Shown here piece by piece: positions 24,101 through 38,173 of a stretch of DNA of 64,000 nt (its first letter is position 1; every line of letters starts with the position of its first letter). This DNA comes from Piromyces finnis finn (Eukaryota > Fungi > Neocallimastigomycota): assembly GCA_002104945.1 (NCBI GenBank), contig MCFH01000066.1, positions 205,529 to 269,528 of the forward strand. The letters are read 5' to 3'. The notes under the pieces were generated by a model, which worked only from the letters and a program-made list of their open reading frames with translations, had not been told where the DNA came from and did no database searches. A program made the translations under genes and the position numbers.

Positions 24101-27100
24101 TTATTGTTGGTCGGCAACCCACTTTCTGGCATTACGGAAAAGTCTCATCCATGGACCATCTTCCTTCCATTCATCTGGATGCCATGAGTTAGAAGTGGTT
24201 CTGTAGATACGTTCTGGATGTGGCATTAAAATTAAAACTCTACCATCGGCAGAAGTTAAACCAGTAATACCTTGTGGAGAACCATTTGGATTACTTGGGT
24301 AAACTTCAGTTGGCTTACCATAGTTATCAACATAACGTAAGGAAACAATACCTTGTTCAATGGCCTTTTGCATTTGTTCATCATCTTGGAATTCGGCACG
24401 ACCTTCACCGTGAGCAACAGCAATTGGGAAACGAGAACCAGACATCTTGTCAAAGAAAATACATGGAGAATCAGCAATTTCAACCATAGCAACACGAGCT
24501 TCGAATTGTTCAGAGACGTTTCTGACAAAGGATGGCCAGTTTTCGGTACCTGGAATTAAAGACTTTAAGGTACTAAGCATTTGACAACCGTTACAGACAC
24601 CAAGAGCAAAAGTATCCTTACGGTGGAAGAAGTCAGTGAATTCCTTACGAGCGTAGTCGTTTAATAAAATAGATTTGGCCCAACCGGCACCAGCACCAAG
24701 AACATCACCGTAGGAGAAACCACCACAGCAAGCAAGACCAACGAATCCAGAAAGAGAAACACTACCATCTAAAATTTCACTCATGTGAACATCAACACTG
24801 GTGAAACCGGCACGCTTGAAGGCAGAAGCCATTTCCATGTGAGAGTTAACACCTTGTTCACGAAGAATGGCAACCTTTGGAGCATCCTTAAGACCAGCAG
24901 TAATATCTTCAGATGGATCGAAAGTTAAGGAGGCGTGAAGACCTGGATCTTGAACATCTAAGATTTGGTCGTATTCTTGCTTGGCACAATTGGCATTGTC
25001 ACGAATAGATTGGATGTGGTAGGAAGCTTCAGCCCACATTCTTTGGTAGTTTTGACGTTCGTTTTCAAGAACAACTTCACCGTTTAACTTGAAGGTCATC
25101 TTTTGGTTACCGGCTTCATTAACCTTACCAATGACGTGGAAACCTTCGAAACCAGTGGAGGCGAAAGCTTCACGAACAGCTTCAACATCAGCACTCTTGA
25201 CTTGAATGACGGCACCTAATTCTTCATTGAATAAACTTTCAATGACCTTACCACCTAATTCCTTTAATTCAACTTCAACACCAACGTGACCAGCGAAACA
25301 CATTTCAGCAATGGTAGCGAATAAACCACCATCAGAACGGTCGTGGTAGGCAAGAATTTGGTCTCTGGCCTTGTTAACACCGTCAAAGAACTTCTTGATA
25401 CCTTCAACACTAACAACATCTGGGCATTCATTACCGAGTTGGTTGAAAACTTGACCGAGAGCAGAACCACCAAGTCTTTGCTTACCTTCGGCTAAATCGA
25501 GTAAGACAAGAACGGTTTCACCAAGATCGGTACGAAGTTGTGGAGTCTTAGTCTTTCTAATATCAACGACTGGACCGTAGGCAGTAATGTTAAGAGAAAG
25601 TGGAGAGGTGACGACAACGTTCTTCTTGGTCTTTTCATCGGTCCAACGAGTCTTCATGGACATGGAATCCTTACCGACTGGAATGGTAATACCTAATTCT
25701 GGACACATTTCCATACCAATGGCTTGAACGGCTTCGTAGATACCAGCACCTTCACCTTCGTGGTCTGGAGCAGACATCCAGTTAGCAGAAAGTCTGATTC
25801 TTCTGATATCTTCAACATCGGCAGCAAGGATGTTTAAGAGAGATTCAGCAACAGCCATTCTAGCGGAAGCAGCGTGGTTAATAAGAGCAATTGGTGGACG
25901 TTCACCCATAGCCATAGCTTCACCATAGTAAGCTTCGTAGGAAGAAGCAGTGACGGCAACGTCAGAAACTGGAACTTGCCATGGACCAACCATTTGATCA
26001 CGAGAAACCATACCAGTAACGGAACGGTCACCAATGGTGATAAGGAAACTCTTACTGGCAACAGTTGGTAACTTTAAGACACGGGAAGCAGCTTCAGCAA
26101 CAACATCGTCCATCTTTGGTAATTCAATTGGGAAACGAGCTGGAACGTGAGTTTCAGCGTAACGGTGCATCTTTGGTGGCTTACCGAATAAAGTGGACAT
26201 TGGTAAATCAATTGGAGTAGTGTTGTACTTGCTATCAACAACAACTAATCTTTGTTCAGCGGTGGCAATACCGACATCAGCAATTGGACATCTTTCACGT
26301 TCAGCAATCTTCTTGAAGACATCTAAATCTTCTGGGTTGACGGCAAGAACGTATCTTTCTTGAGATTCGTTACACCAGATTTCCATTGGGGACATTCTTG
26401 GATCATCATTTGGAATGTCACGGAGTTGGAAGATGGCACCTAAGTCACTGTCGTGAACAATTTCTGGAAGAGCGTTGGAAAGACCACCAGCACCAACATC
26501 GTGAACGGATTGAATTGGATTCTTTTCGTCTAAAGCGGTACAAGCATCAAGAACTTGTTGGCAACGACGTTCCATTTCTGGGTTTTCTCTTTGGACAGAA
26601 GCGAAATCAAGTTCAGCGCTACTGGAACCTTGAGCCATGGAGGAAGCAGCACCACCACCAAGACCAATTAACATACATGGACCACCCATAACAATTAAGT
26701 GAGCTCCTGGCTTAATGGTCTTCTTGGTAATGTGTTGAGCACGAATGTTACCCATACCACCAGCAATCATAATTGGTTTGTGGAAACCACGAATTTCAGT
26801 TTCTTCCTTAGATTCAGTTGGAACACTTTCACAGTAAGTTCTGAAATAACCACAAATGTTTGGACGACCGAATTCATTGTTGAAAGCAGCACCACCGAGT
26901 GGACCCTTGATCATAATATCAAGAGCAGAGGAAATGTGGGATGGCTTACCGACATCCTTTTCCCATGGTTGTTCGTTACCTGGAATTAAAAGGTTAGAAA
27001 CAGCGAAACCGGTAAGACCAGCCTTTGGCTTAGAACCAGTACCGACGGCACCTTCATCACGAATTTCACCACCAGAACCAGTAGCTGCTCCTGGCCATGG

Positions 27101-28135
27101 AGAAACAGCAGTTGGGTGATTGTGAGTTTCGACCTTGACAACCATGTGAATATCTTCTTCGTTGTACTTGTATTCCTTGGTGGTTTGTTCGACAGCTAAT
27201 CTCTTAGCCTTTGGACCTTCTAAGACAGCAGAGTTATCACTGTAAGCGGAAAGAATGTGTTCAGAGTTTCTCTTGTAGGTGTTACGGATCATGTTGAAGA
27301 GGGAGTTTTCCTTGTCCTTACCATCAATGGTCCAGTTACCACCAAAGATCTTGTGTCTACAGTGTTCAGAGTTAACTTGGGCAAACATCATTAATTCAGT
27401 ATCAGTTGGATCTCTCTTGATACTTTCTTCCTTAAGGAAGGCATTGACTAAGTAATCAATTTCATCTTCAGCTAAAGCAAGACCGAATTCCTTGTTAGCA
27501 TCGACAAGAACTTGACGTGGGTCCTTACCATTCTTGGAAGTTTCAGTAAGACCGACAGTCTTTAATGGACGACCTTCACCAGTACTGAAGATAGTATCTT
27601 CACTTGGGATTTTACGTAAAACGACTTGCATCATACGATCGTGAATTAAATCGGAGAATTGAGCTAAATCTTGTTCAGAGACACCAGTGTTGTCAGTCTT
27701 TTGAACAAAGAAGATGATACCTCTTTCAACTCTCTTTAAGTACTTACCAAGACCACAGATTTTTGAAATATCAGTAGCCTTAGAAGACCATGGAGAAATA
27801 GTACCTGGTCTTGGAATGATAAGTAACATTTGCTTTTGGAATTCGTATAAGATTTCAGCTTCAGACTTACCATTAGCAAAAGCTTCAAGAATTGAAGTTT
27901 CTTCTGGTAATGGAGAGTTAGCAGCCTTAGTACCGTAGTGTAAAAGAACACCTAACTTTTTAAGAATTTCTTCCTTTAATTCCTTGTCAACATTATTGTA
28001 TTCTTCCTTGGTTTGAACAAAGTGAACAAAGAAAGCTTTAACATCTTGAATGTTAGCGTTACGTTCCTTAATTTCGTTTAAAAGAACGTTCTTTTTGAAT
28101 TCTGAGTAAGCAGATGAAGCTGGTAAAACAAGCAT
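24101..28135 (-). CDS. ADE6: Phosphoribosylformylglycinamidine synthase (FGAM synthase, large single-chain type), 1344 aa, intronless
   Basis: Diagnostic motifs [81 protein letters not shown] and MPHPER. Strong codon bias. Confidence 0.98.
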   Translation of the reverse strand: MLVLPASSAYSEFKKNVLLNEIKERNANIQDVKAFFVHFVQTKEEYNNVDKELKEEILKKLGVLLHYGTKAANSPLPEETSILEAFANGKSEAEILYEFQKQMLLIIPRPGTISPWSSKATDISKICGLGKYLKRVERGIIFFVQKTDNTGVSEQDLAQFSDLIHDRMMQVVLRKIPSEDTIFSTGEGRPLKTVGLTETSKNGKDPRQVLVDANKEFGLALAEDEIDYLVNAFLKEESIKRDPTDTELMMFAQVNSEHCRHKIFGGNWTIDGKDKENSLFNMIRNTYKRNSEHILSAYSDNSAVLEGPKAKRLAVEQTTKEYKYNEEDIHMVVKVETHNHPTAVSPWPGAATGSGGEIRDEGAVGTGSKPKAGLTGFAVSNLLIPGNEQPWEKDVGKPSHISSALDIMIKGPLGGAAFNNEFGRPNICGYFRTYCESVPTESKEETEIRGFHKPIMIAGGMGNIRAQHITKKTIKPGAHLIVMGGPCMLIGLGGGAASSMAQGSSSAELDFASVQRENPEMERRCQQVLDACTALDEKNPIQSVHDVGAGGLSNALPEIVHDSDLGAIFQLRDIPNDDPRMSPMEIWCNESQERYVLAVNPEDLDVFKKIAERERCPIADVGIATAEQRLVVVDSKYNTTPIDLPMSTLFGKPPKMHRYAETHVPARFPIELPKMDDVVAEAASRVLKLPTVASKSFLITIGDRSVTGMVSRDQMVGPWQVPVSDVAVTASSYEAYYGEAMAMGERPPIALINHAASARMAVAESLLNILAADVEDIRRIRLSANWMSAPDHEGEGAGIYEAVQAIGMEMCPELGITIPVGKDSMSMKTRWTDEKTKKNVVVTSPLSLNITAYGPVVDIRKTKTPQLRTDLGETVLVLLDLAEGKQRLGGSALGQVFNQLGNECPDVVSVEGIKKFFDGVNKARDQILAYHDRSDGGLFATIAEMCFAGHVGVEVELKELGGKVIESLFNEELGAVIQVKSADVEAVREAFASTGFEGFHVIGKVNEAGNQKMTFKLNGEVVLENERQNYQRMWAEASYHIQSIRDNANCAKQEYDQILDVQDPGLHASLTFDPSEDITAGLKDAPKVAILREQGVNSHMEMASAFKRAGFTSVDVHMSEILDGSVSLSGFVGLACCGGFSYGDVLGAGAGWAKSILLNDYARKEFTDFFHRKDTFALGVCNGCQMLSTLKSLIPGTENWPSFVRNVSEQFEARVAMVEIADSPCIFFDKMSGSRFPIAVAHGEGRAEFQDDEQMQKAIEQGIVSLRYVDNYGKPTEVYPSNPNGSPQGITGLTSADGRVLILMPHPERIYRTTSNSWHPDEWKEDGPWMRLFRNARKWVADQQ

Positions 28136-29100
28136 GTTGATATTTACTAATGATTTAAAATAAAATTGATTGAATGGGTGTTATAAAAGTCTATTAAAAT
28201 TTAATAAGTTGAAATTATTTTTTTATTATTATTATTTTACTTCCGATATATATGAATTATAGTTACTTTTTATTGAATTTTTTTCTAAATAATATAAAAA
28301 TTTATTGTTGAAGAAAAGTATACGATATATACAATTATTAAAAAAATAAAATAAAAAAAATATATATTAGTTTTTTATTAGTTTCTTTATATTAATAATT
28401 TAAAATTTTAATAAAATATATAATATTTAAAAAATCTGAATTAATTTTTGAATCATTATAATACTATTTTTTACTTCTATTTCTAGTATTGTTTTTACTA
28501 TTATTGCTATTGTATATAACAATTACTATTATTATTATAACAATTATAATTATTATTACTATTATAATTATTATTATTATTATTATTTTATATACATTTA
28601 TATTATTATTATTATTATTCCCACTTTTTATTATTTAATCAAACTGTTTTTGATTTTTCCATTATAATAATTATTATTACTTTTTATTATTATTTAATCA
28701 AACTGTCATTAATTTTTCTCTTTTTTTTATTATTATAAACCAATTATTTAGTTTTTTTCCTTTTTTTTATACTATCCTAATAATTATACTATATATTATA
28801 TATATTATATATTTTATAAAACAGTTTCTTGACCCAATTAATCTATATATATATATATATAAATGAAAATAATAATAATAATAATAGATATAATATTTTT
28901 TTCTTTTCATTCTATTTTCCAATCTAAAAATAAAAATTCCTTTTTTTTATTATTATTACCTTTTCTTTTTTAATAAAAATAAATAAATCTAATTTCTTTT
29001 CTATTTCCTTTAATAAAGTTTAGAAAGGAGTTTTTTTTTTTTTAGTATAAATGCCTTGAATAAAAAAAAAAGAAATAGAAATAAAATTTCTAATATTGTG

Positions 29101-29139
<39 letters not shown>

Positions 29140-30789
29140 AAAATGGTGTTATTATATAAAAAAAAAAATTTAAAGAAATTTTATTGGTAAATTTAAAATA
29201 TTGGAATAAAAAAATATTAAAAAAAATTTTTTTTTTTTTTTAAATAAAAAAATTGATCCCTTAAAAAAGGGAAAAGAAAGGAAAAGTGATGATGATGCTG
29301 CTGATGATATTTGTAGAGAATAATAAATATATAAATAATAACTATTCATCATCAACTTCTAATTCCATATTCTATTAAAAAAATCATATTAAAATATCTT
29401 TAAAAAAAAATAATCAATAAAAGGTTTGTGATAGGTTTTTTAAATCAATCTTTTTTTTTTGGTTCTGGTCTGGTAAAATTTTAAGCATGGTTTTAAAGGA
29501 TGTTGGTGGTGTGGTGGTGGTAAAAACAATTGAAATTCTTTTAAGAAAAAAAAAAAAGGATTTTTATTATTTAATAATGTATTATAATGTAATTGTAATG
29601 TACTATAGATTATCACATTTAATTTTTGTTGATTTTCAAATCTAATAACAATGGATATAATGTAATACAATAGATCTACATTACTGCATAATGTATTTAT
29701 AGAATGTAGTACAAGAACAAAATAGTAATAGATTTAAATTGATAATATATTACAATAAACTTTAATATAAACAAAAACCCTTTTCTAATAAAATTGTATT
29801 GTAAAAAAAAAAGAGATCAACCAATCATTTTTTAAAATAATAAAAAGCCATGAGGATATATTAAAATTATAAAATAAATTGATTTAATGTATTACTAATA
29901 TATTATAATATATTATACTATAGATACAGTCAAATACATTAATGTATTAAAATAATTCTATAGAAAATAAAGGGTTAGACATTTGGATTCTATAGTGGAA
30001 AGAAAAGGTGGTGTAGTAAAACTACTTAGTACCAACAATTATATATATCCATATACCCATAGCTATCTTCATGTCCTTTCTAAGCAGATATTAATGTTTT
30101 TTGATAGTATTAGGGTATTAGGATATATTGTAAAAAAAAAAAAAAAAGTAATACTTTTCGGGAAAATTAACCACATTATGTACTTTACATATTTCATATA
30201 AAATAAACCATTAGAATGAACATTAATTCTAAAAAAAAAAGTATCATGAAACGATTTTTTTTGAATAAAAAAAAAACATCATTTATTATTTTCTTTTAAA
30301 TAATAAAGTATGCTGTATAAAATAACAATGCTTTTTTTTTTTTTTTTTTTTTTTTTTTTCCTTTTAAAGCTTACTATTACATTTTTTTTTAACATTTAAA
30401 GGAATAAAACACCCATATTTCCTTAAAGGTAGTTAAAACATTTTTTCTATAATTAGAATAAATGGTTTCATTTTTTTTTGAGCATTGCATTTGCCATTTT
30501 TTTCATGCATATGTAATCAATAAAAGCAATTACAAAATACTAATGATTATAGAGTTGATCAACACTCTTTTTATGTTCCTTCCTCTATTTAATTAATTGA
30601 ATTTCCTTTTTTTATTTTATTATTAAAAATTTAATTTAATCAATTTTATGGGTAACACAAAGTTTTGTGGTGATTTAAAAAAAAAGTTTTAATCTCATAA
30701 TTCTAAAAGTAGGAAGCCATAAGGATACTTTTTTTTTTTTTTTAAAAAAAAACAACCTTATTACTTTATTATAAACCTATCTACACCAT

Positions 30790-30827
<38 letters not shown>

Positions 30828-32112
30828 AATATAATGTTATTTTTTTAAAATTTAAAATTTTGTCTTCCTTCAAAAACAATACAGAAAAAATAATAATAAA
30901 AAAATGAAATTTTTTTCTTTTTTAAGAAGGATTGTCCCTCTTTTTTTTTTATTAAAATTTAAATAGAAAAATTATTCATTAATATATAAAATAATATATT
31001 AGTTAAAAAAGGAATGGAGAAAAAAAAAATGAAATTTTAATTAAATTAAAGAGAGAAAAAACATTTTTATAATTAAAATTATAAAATGTGGAATAGACTG
31101 TGTGTGTGTAAATAAATATACCAGTTCATCTATAATCTATATTTTATATGCTCATTACCACTTATTTCTATTATAGAGGGTGTGGATGTAGGAGTAAAAA
31201 AAAAAAAAAAAAGGAAAAAACATTAATACTTTTCTAAATTAAATCCACTCTTTAAAATTCACTTTAGACAAAAAAAAAAAAAAAAAACAACCTTTATTCT
31301 GTAATTCATTCATTATTATTATTATTTTTTAAAAAAATATCACTTTTATTAATAAAAATGTTAACAGGTTTAAATGGATTTTTTTTTTTTTTTTTTTACT
31401 ATTCATTTCATTGATATATGTTTCTTTATTTAAAAAAAAAAAAAAAAAAAAAACATTGAAATAATCATATATATTCTCTATTGAATTATACTTTTTTTTT
31501 TTAAAATAAAACTTTAATAGATTAAATAAATAATTTTTTTTTGTTTTTTTTTGTTTGTTTTCAATAAAACAATTTTATCTTTTTTTGACAATAAAAATAT
31601 AAATTCATAAAGAAAAAAAAAAAAATACTGCTTTTATTATTGTAGATGAAATATATAATTTTTTTTAGCTTTTTTAACCACCTTCTTACCCATAAAAATA
31701 AGAGATGGATTAAAAATAAATTTTTGCTTTTTACCAACTTTTTTTTTAAAAAATAAATTTTTAAAAGATGTAAAATAATAGTTTAATTCACCGACATTAT
31801 TAAAATAAAATAATAATAATAAAAAAAAACTTTTGGGTTTTTGAACCTAAAATAATAAATTGTTACTAATATATAAAAAAAATAATTTCATTTTTTTTAA
31901 ATAGGTATGAAAAATTTTTTAAAAATAAAAAAAAATGTGTGATTCATTAGGTCGTAGGTAGTGTGTGCTTATATAAATAGTTAATTTTTTAAAAAAAATG
32001 TTTTGAAGATATTGTTCGTTTTTTTTTAAAGAATGATAATGAAGGATAATGCTGATGATGGCGGTGGGAATGGCAACTATAAAATTGTAAAATAAAAAAT
32101 CATACACGACTT

Positions 32113-34398
32113 TTATGAATTTTTATTTTCATTTTTATTGGCATTACTTTCTTTTTGTTTTTTAGCTTCCATCCACATTTCCATTTCAATGGTGTAACGT
32201 TTTTTATCTTCTTCCGATAATTGAACATATTTTGCTTTTTCATCAGCTGTTAATTTTTTCCAAGCAGCAGAAATCATTTTACTAATGGTACCCAAGTCAC
32301 TCTTTGGATTATTAGCTGCAAATTGTGGACGAACTTCACGAAGGAAGAATATAAAAGCAGAAGATGGATGCTTTGGTTGAGTTGGATCTTTTGGGGTACG
32401 AAGTCTTCTTTTTGGAATTGGTGACATAGCAAATGGGGGTATTCCCATGGCTGGTGGGAATACGTAATTCATGTTGGAAGCACTACTAGAGTTTGAACTT
32501 CCATTTGAGGTTTGAGAGATAGGTAAAAAGGTATTCATATTAATATCTTTACCCTTTGTATCCTTGGTTAGTCTTTTAAGGTTGGTAAATTCTTTTCGTA
32601 GATTTTTTGCTTCCATATAATATTTATCTTTCTTTTCTTCTGAAAGATTCTTCCAAGCCTCACTGACACGTCGACTTATTTCAGATATAGAAGCATCTGG
32701 GAATTCATCTCTAATTTTTGGACGTATACTACGATTAAATATAAGGAAGGCATTTGGAGGTTGTTTCATAGCACTGGCTTGATAACCAAAGGGTATTGGT
32801 GAAAATGGGTAAGGGTAGTACATACCATATGGATTCATAGGATACCCATTATTAGGGAAGAAATTATCTGGGTTAGATTTCTTCTTTTTTCTAGTGTTAT
32901 TTGGACGACGTGTATAAACATAATCTGGATGTTCACTATCAAAGTTGCTTTTTAACATTTGAGCTTGAAGTATAAAACTATTTTTCAAATTCTATTAGAG
33001 CGATAGAGAATGAATAGTGTGATAGAGAAATGGATAGATAGAATAGGGTGAGATAGAAAGATAGAGCAAAAGAATAAAATTATATATATAAAAAATATAA
33101 TTTGTTAATGATACATTTTTTTTTCAAATGGTTTCTTTTTTTTATTATTATTTCCATCATCCTCTTTTTTTGTTTCTCAATTTTTTAATATAAAAAATGA
33201 ATTGTTTGATTTATAATATATTAAAATATATTGCTTTAATATATTCAAGATATTTTTAAGCCAATAAATTATATATATTATATATTAACTTTATTTTATA
33301 TGAAAAAAATTGGGCAACTATTCTGTTAACACTGTCTTTAAGATGTGTGTGTTGTGTATATCCTTTCCTTGGCTACACCTTTATAGTGTAGGTTTTTTTT
33401 TTTAAATAAATAAAGTTTTACTCATTATTTTTGGTCATTTACTGGTCATTGACCACTACGACTACAAAGCTATTACTACAAAGAGGAAATTTTAAAGTAA
33501 AAAAAAACTACTTACAGGATCCATTTTAGCCCATTCATCACCTAAAATAGTACTAATTTCTGATGTGGTTAATGAAGGATTTTCATTGGAAAGTTCTCTT
33601 CTTCTTTTAACAGAATATATTAAGAAAGCGTTCATAGGACGCTTAATTTTTGAATTTGATGAACTTTGGTTTGGAGTAGAGTTGTTGCTAGATAAACTAC
33701 TATCTTCCACTTTTTTTTTAAAAAAAAAGTTTAATATCCCAACATAGAGGGTCATTTATTTTAAAAAATAATTATGAAAAAAATTAGATTTAGATGATAA
33801 ATTTTCAATTTTTCATTTTTTTTTTCTAAATTTTTTTTTCTATATAAAATTAAATCCTTTTGGTCTTATTTTTTCAAAAAAAAAAAAAAAAAAGATTATT
33901 ATTACCTGCATGATTTGTATTAATATTAAGAAGTTGTTGATTATTCCATTGAGCCTGATTACTATCATTAATATTCTTGGCTTGATTAGCTTCAAGATAT
34001 TCCATCATAGGGTGGGTATTTTCAAAACTTGGATGAGTTCCTGGTCTTGATGATTCCTGTGGTATACTTTGAAAAGTAGCTTGGGCTTGAGTTTGTGAAT
34101 ATTGTGGTTGTTCTCTTTGTATTGAAGCATTTGAATAAGTTTGAAGTTGTTGTTGTTGAGCTTGTTGCTGTTGTTGTTGTTGAGAATAAACATGTCCTGC
34201 ATTTTCAGAAATTAAAAAAGTTGTATCCTGAACGCCATAAAGGTCAAAAGATTGAGGCGTGATACCTGATAATTTATTATTTTTTTGTGGACTATTATTT
34301 TGTGCAGAAGCATTTTGTTGTGATACTTGCCTTTGTTGAGCTTGAAATTGTACTTGTTGTTGTTGCTGTTGTAAAATTCGCGGATTATAATGAAACAT
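32113..34398 (-). CDS. Q-rich transcription factor with three HMG boxes; 3 exons, ~521 aa
   Basis: Exons 34398-33906, 33709-33516 and 32991-32113 (GT-AG, phases 1 and 0, frame open). Box 1 is split by intron 2: KIKRPMNAFLIYS...EWAKMDP|NLKNSFILQAQMLKSNFDSEHPDYVYTRRP (SOX/TCF/MATA type). Box 2 is KQPPNAFLIFNRSIRP...WKNLSEEKKDKYY. Box 3 is KDPTQPKHPSSAFIFF...WKKLTADEKAKY (HMGB-like). The N-terminus is poly-Q rich. Confidence 0.88.
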
Positions 34399-37300
34399 TT
34401 TTTTTTCTATCTATTCAAATATTTTTTTTTGGAATAAAAAAAAAATAATTAAAAAAATTTTTTAAAAAAATTAAATAATAATATCTAAATATAGTTAAAT
34501 TTTTTTATTAAGAAAAAAAATAATTTTTTTTGGTGTGATGATATTTTGCTGATTTTTTTAATAAATAAATAAATGAATGAATAAATAATAAAATAAATAA
34601 ATAATATAGAATAATAATATGAAATAATATTGGATAATAGTAATAATATAGGATAATATTGGATAAACCTAATACTAATACTAATAGTAATACTACTACT
34701 ACTACTAATAATAAATGATATTATTATAGTTTTTATTATTTATTATAGTTTTTATTAATACATTTTATTACCACCACAAACACCACACCCTCTTTTTTTT
34801 TTAAGGTGATTTTATTGGTATAGATTAATTTTTTTTATTAAAAGCGGTTGAAATTTTTTTAGGAAAAAAACGATATGAAAAGTACCTTGAAAGACTTAGC
34901 AAAATCAACCACCACCACCACCACCACCACTACTACTACTGTACCTACTATAATATAAGTAATGAATACAATTGAATTGAATAATAATATTAATAATATT
35001 GAATAATAATATTTATGAGAATACAATATTGAATAATAAATAATAAATAAATAATAGTATTACTATAACTATTATTACTATTACTATTACTATTAATAAT
35101 AAATAGTAATAAAATATTTTATTATTATTTATTATTATTTATTATTATTTATTTATTATTTATTATTATTTATTATTATTTATTATTATTTATTATTTAA
35201 GGACATCACCAAAAAAAAATATGAATTATTTATTAATTATAATATATTACAATATATAATACAATTTAAAACAATAAATTTAATTATATAAATATCATTT
35301 AAATTAATATATGACACAACTAAATGAACGCTGATTCAATAGAAATCATTTCAATTTATATTTTAATATATTAAATGAATAGTCAGAATACCATTTAAAT
35401 TAAATTATACCATTTAATAAAATATATATTATAAATATATTTTTTATCTATGGAATGATTCAATAAATTTCTATCCTTTTATTTTTCATATAATTTAATA
35501 TATGTTATAATCAATTGATTCTATATGGGCTTATACAAAATGAACGAATCATCTTTCAGTAAACTGTGTTTTGATTAAAAATGCTTATTTTCAAACGTCA
35601 AATCAAACCCATTTGACATAAAAAAATGTACATCAAAATGTACAAAAATGTACAGTAATGTAAATATAGAATGTAATGAAAGAAGGATTGACGAAAAGGT
35701 GTGTGAATAAAAATAGAAAGAGTAAATAATAGAGAGATGAAGAATGGAATGAAAAAGTGGAATGGAGTGTAAAGGATTTATATTCCGATGTTTTTTTTTT
35801 TTTTTTTTTTTAGCTTATTCATTCCTTTCTTTTCATTTCATTTAATAGAATACTTTAAATTGTATTATATCATCAAGATGATTCTGTTCTATTTATTTTT
35901 AGTATTCCTTAATATATAAAGCATATATTAAAAATTACTTTTTTTAAAATCAAAAAAAGGAAATGGCTAAGTCAATCTTTTTTTTTTTAATTATATTTAT
36001 GATCCATCAAAAGGAATAAGCAAAAAAAAAAAAAAAAGGTTTGGTTTTAAGAAAGAAAGAAAGAAAGAAAGGGATTAAAAATGGATTGTATTTGAATTTG
36101 CGTAGGAAAAAAAGATTTGAATTTGGATATTATTTAAAATATTGATGCATTGAAGGAATGAATGAATGATTAATTATAAATTAAAGATATTTCATATTTA
36201 AAGATTGGATTTTGTATTTCTTTTAAATACCATCATTTTTTACACTTTTTTTTTTTTTAAAAAAAAAAAGATGAATTAAAAAAATTATTTAATAATATTT
36301 GTCTAGACTTTTTTTCTTTTTTTTTTTTAAAAAAAAGATACCTATATAAATAGTTATTTATAGAGTTTAATAAAAGTCAAAAAAAAAAAAAAAAAAAAAA
36401 AATGATTTAAACAATGAGACAGTTCTTTTGAAAATAGTATTTTAGGAGTAACCTACCTACCTAGTTGATTGAATTTATCATTTATATTGAAGATAAGTGA
36501 TTATTAATTTATTAAAATAATTAAAAAAATTGGAATAAAAAAAAAAAAAAAAGACTATTAATATACTTTATGACAAAGTTTTTTTTTTTTTATTTTAACT
36601 AGGCTTTATTCTGTAGAATGACTACTTATCTAGTTGATTATTAAAAAAAAAAAGTTTTTTTTTTATAGCATAGAATGATAATGTAATAAAATTTATTGTT
36701 TTTTAAATAATATAAAAGTGGCTTTTAACCACTAATGTATCATTATTATATATATTTTTTAATCCAACCATATACTATTTTTATTAATATGGATGGTTAA
36801 TGGATTCAAGTATATTGTGGCTTATATAATATGTAGTATATATATAAAAAATTTAAATATGATTAAATAATAAAAATATATTACACTTTTGGATTGATAC
36901 CATTATCATTATATAAATGGTTTATTTCAATGGTATGTTATAAAGATATTAAACTAAAACATTGTTTCTACCTTTTTTTTTTGCTATTAACTATTTAATT
37001 ATATACTATTTAATAAACAAATACTATACTATTCACAGAGGATCATCTCAACTATAAAACATTGTGATTTAATAGTATATATATATATAAAAGAGAAAGA
37101 GTGCGCTATAGTATTCAAAAGATATTTCTTTATATATAATAAAATAGGAATAATTGGGAACATGAAAATAATAAATAAAACTCCCATAAAAATAACTATT
37201 TATAGGGTAAAAAAAAAGTTTATATAAATAATAATATGTTATTATAATAGTTAAAAAAAGAATATATTAAAATGAAATTGCTTTTTACAATTTTTTTTTC

Positions 37301-38002
37301 TTCTAAACTTTGAAAAGTGGGAAATATTAAAAGATATGAGTATAAATAAAGTATTATAAATACTAAATTGACTATTATTATCATTAGTACTTGCTATTAT
37401 TGCTTTACACTATGATTAATAATTTATAATGTTTTATATAATTTTGATTTTTTATACTTTGTTTACACAAATAAATGTACTTTTTTAATTAAAAAAAATT
37501 GTTTTTATTAGGTTTATTGCATATTTTTTTTCTTATTAAATATTATTATTATTACATATTATTTTTTTAATTCATTTTTACTTTTATATATTTTGCTAAA
37601 TTAATTTTTCATAATTTACCATACCTTTAGGCAACACTTTTTTTTAAACAACCACACATTTTGCGCTTAAAAATTTTAAAAATTTTAATTATTCCAAAAA
37701 TGTTAATCATTAAAATTTTTTATTGGTTGTCATTTTTTAATTTAAAAAAAAAATATTTTAATTTAAAATAGAAACTTTAATTAAAAACTGAAATAGAAAG
37801 GAAGGAAACCTCAAAAAGTGTTTTTTTTTTTTTTCTTTTTTCTTTTAACAATAAAAGAAATAAAAAAAGAAGGAAGTATAAAAGGAGAAAAAAAATTAAA
37901 GTAGAAATAAAAATAAATATTATTTCTAAATACTTTTTTTTTTTTTTAATAGAAATTATTATAATTATTAATAATTAAACATTTGTAAATACTATTATAG
38001 AG

Positions 38003-38004
38003 AA

Positions 38005-38063
<59 letters not shown>

Positions 38064-38066
38064 ATA
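38003..38066. repeat. (AATA)16 microsatellite about 110 bp upstream of the ankyrin gene start
   Basis: Pure AATA run read directly from the sequence. Confidence 0.9.
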
Positions 38067-38173
38067 CACTGTATAAACCAATAACTAAAAAATCATAAAT
38101 AAAACAATCCAATAAATACCACAAAAATCAATATAATTATATATATATAAATAAATATATATAAATAAAAAAA

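Noticed and set aside
24256-27951. Numerous short overlapping and antisense ORFs within ADE6
   Set aside because: Shadow frames of a strongly codon-biased gene, with no motifs.
24101-28135. Horizontal transfer of purL, suggested by the lack of introns and higher GC
   Set aside because: Fungal ADE6 is normally this large single-chain type, and the GC reflects biased codons typical of a highly expressed native gene. Nothing in the sequence alone supports HGT; a phylogeny would be needed.
33310-33470. Intronic snoRNA in intron 2 of the HMG gene (hairpins CTACAC/GTGTAG and TGGTCA/TGACCA)
   Set aside because: The stems are short, and I could not place H/ACA or C/D boxes convincingly.
32113-34398. 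Calling this a mating-type (sex) locus
   Set aside because: Mucorales sexP/sexM encode a single HMG box and are flanked by triose-phosphate transporter and RNA helicase genes. Neither flanking gene is in this window, and this protein has three boxes.
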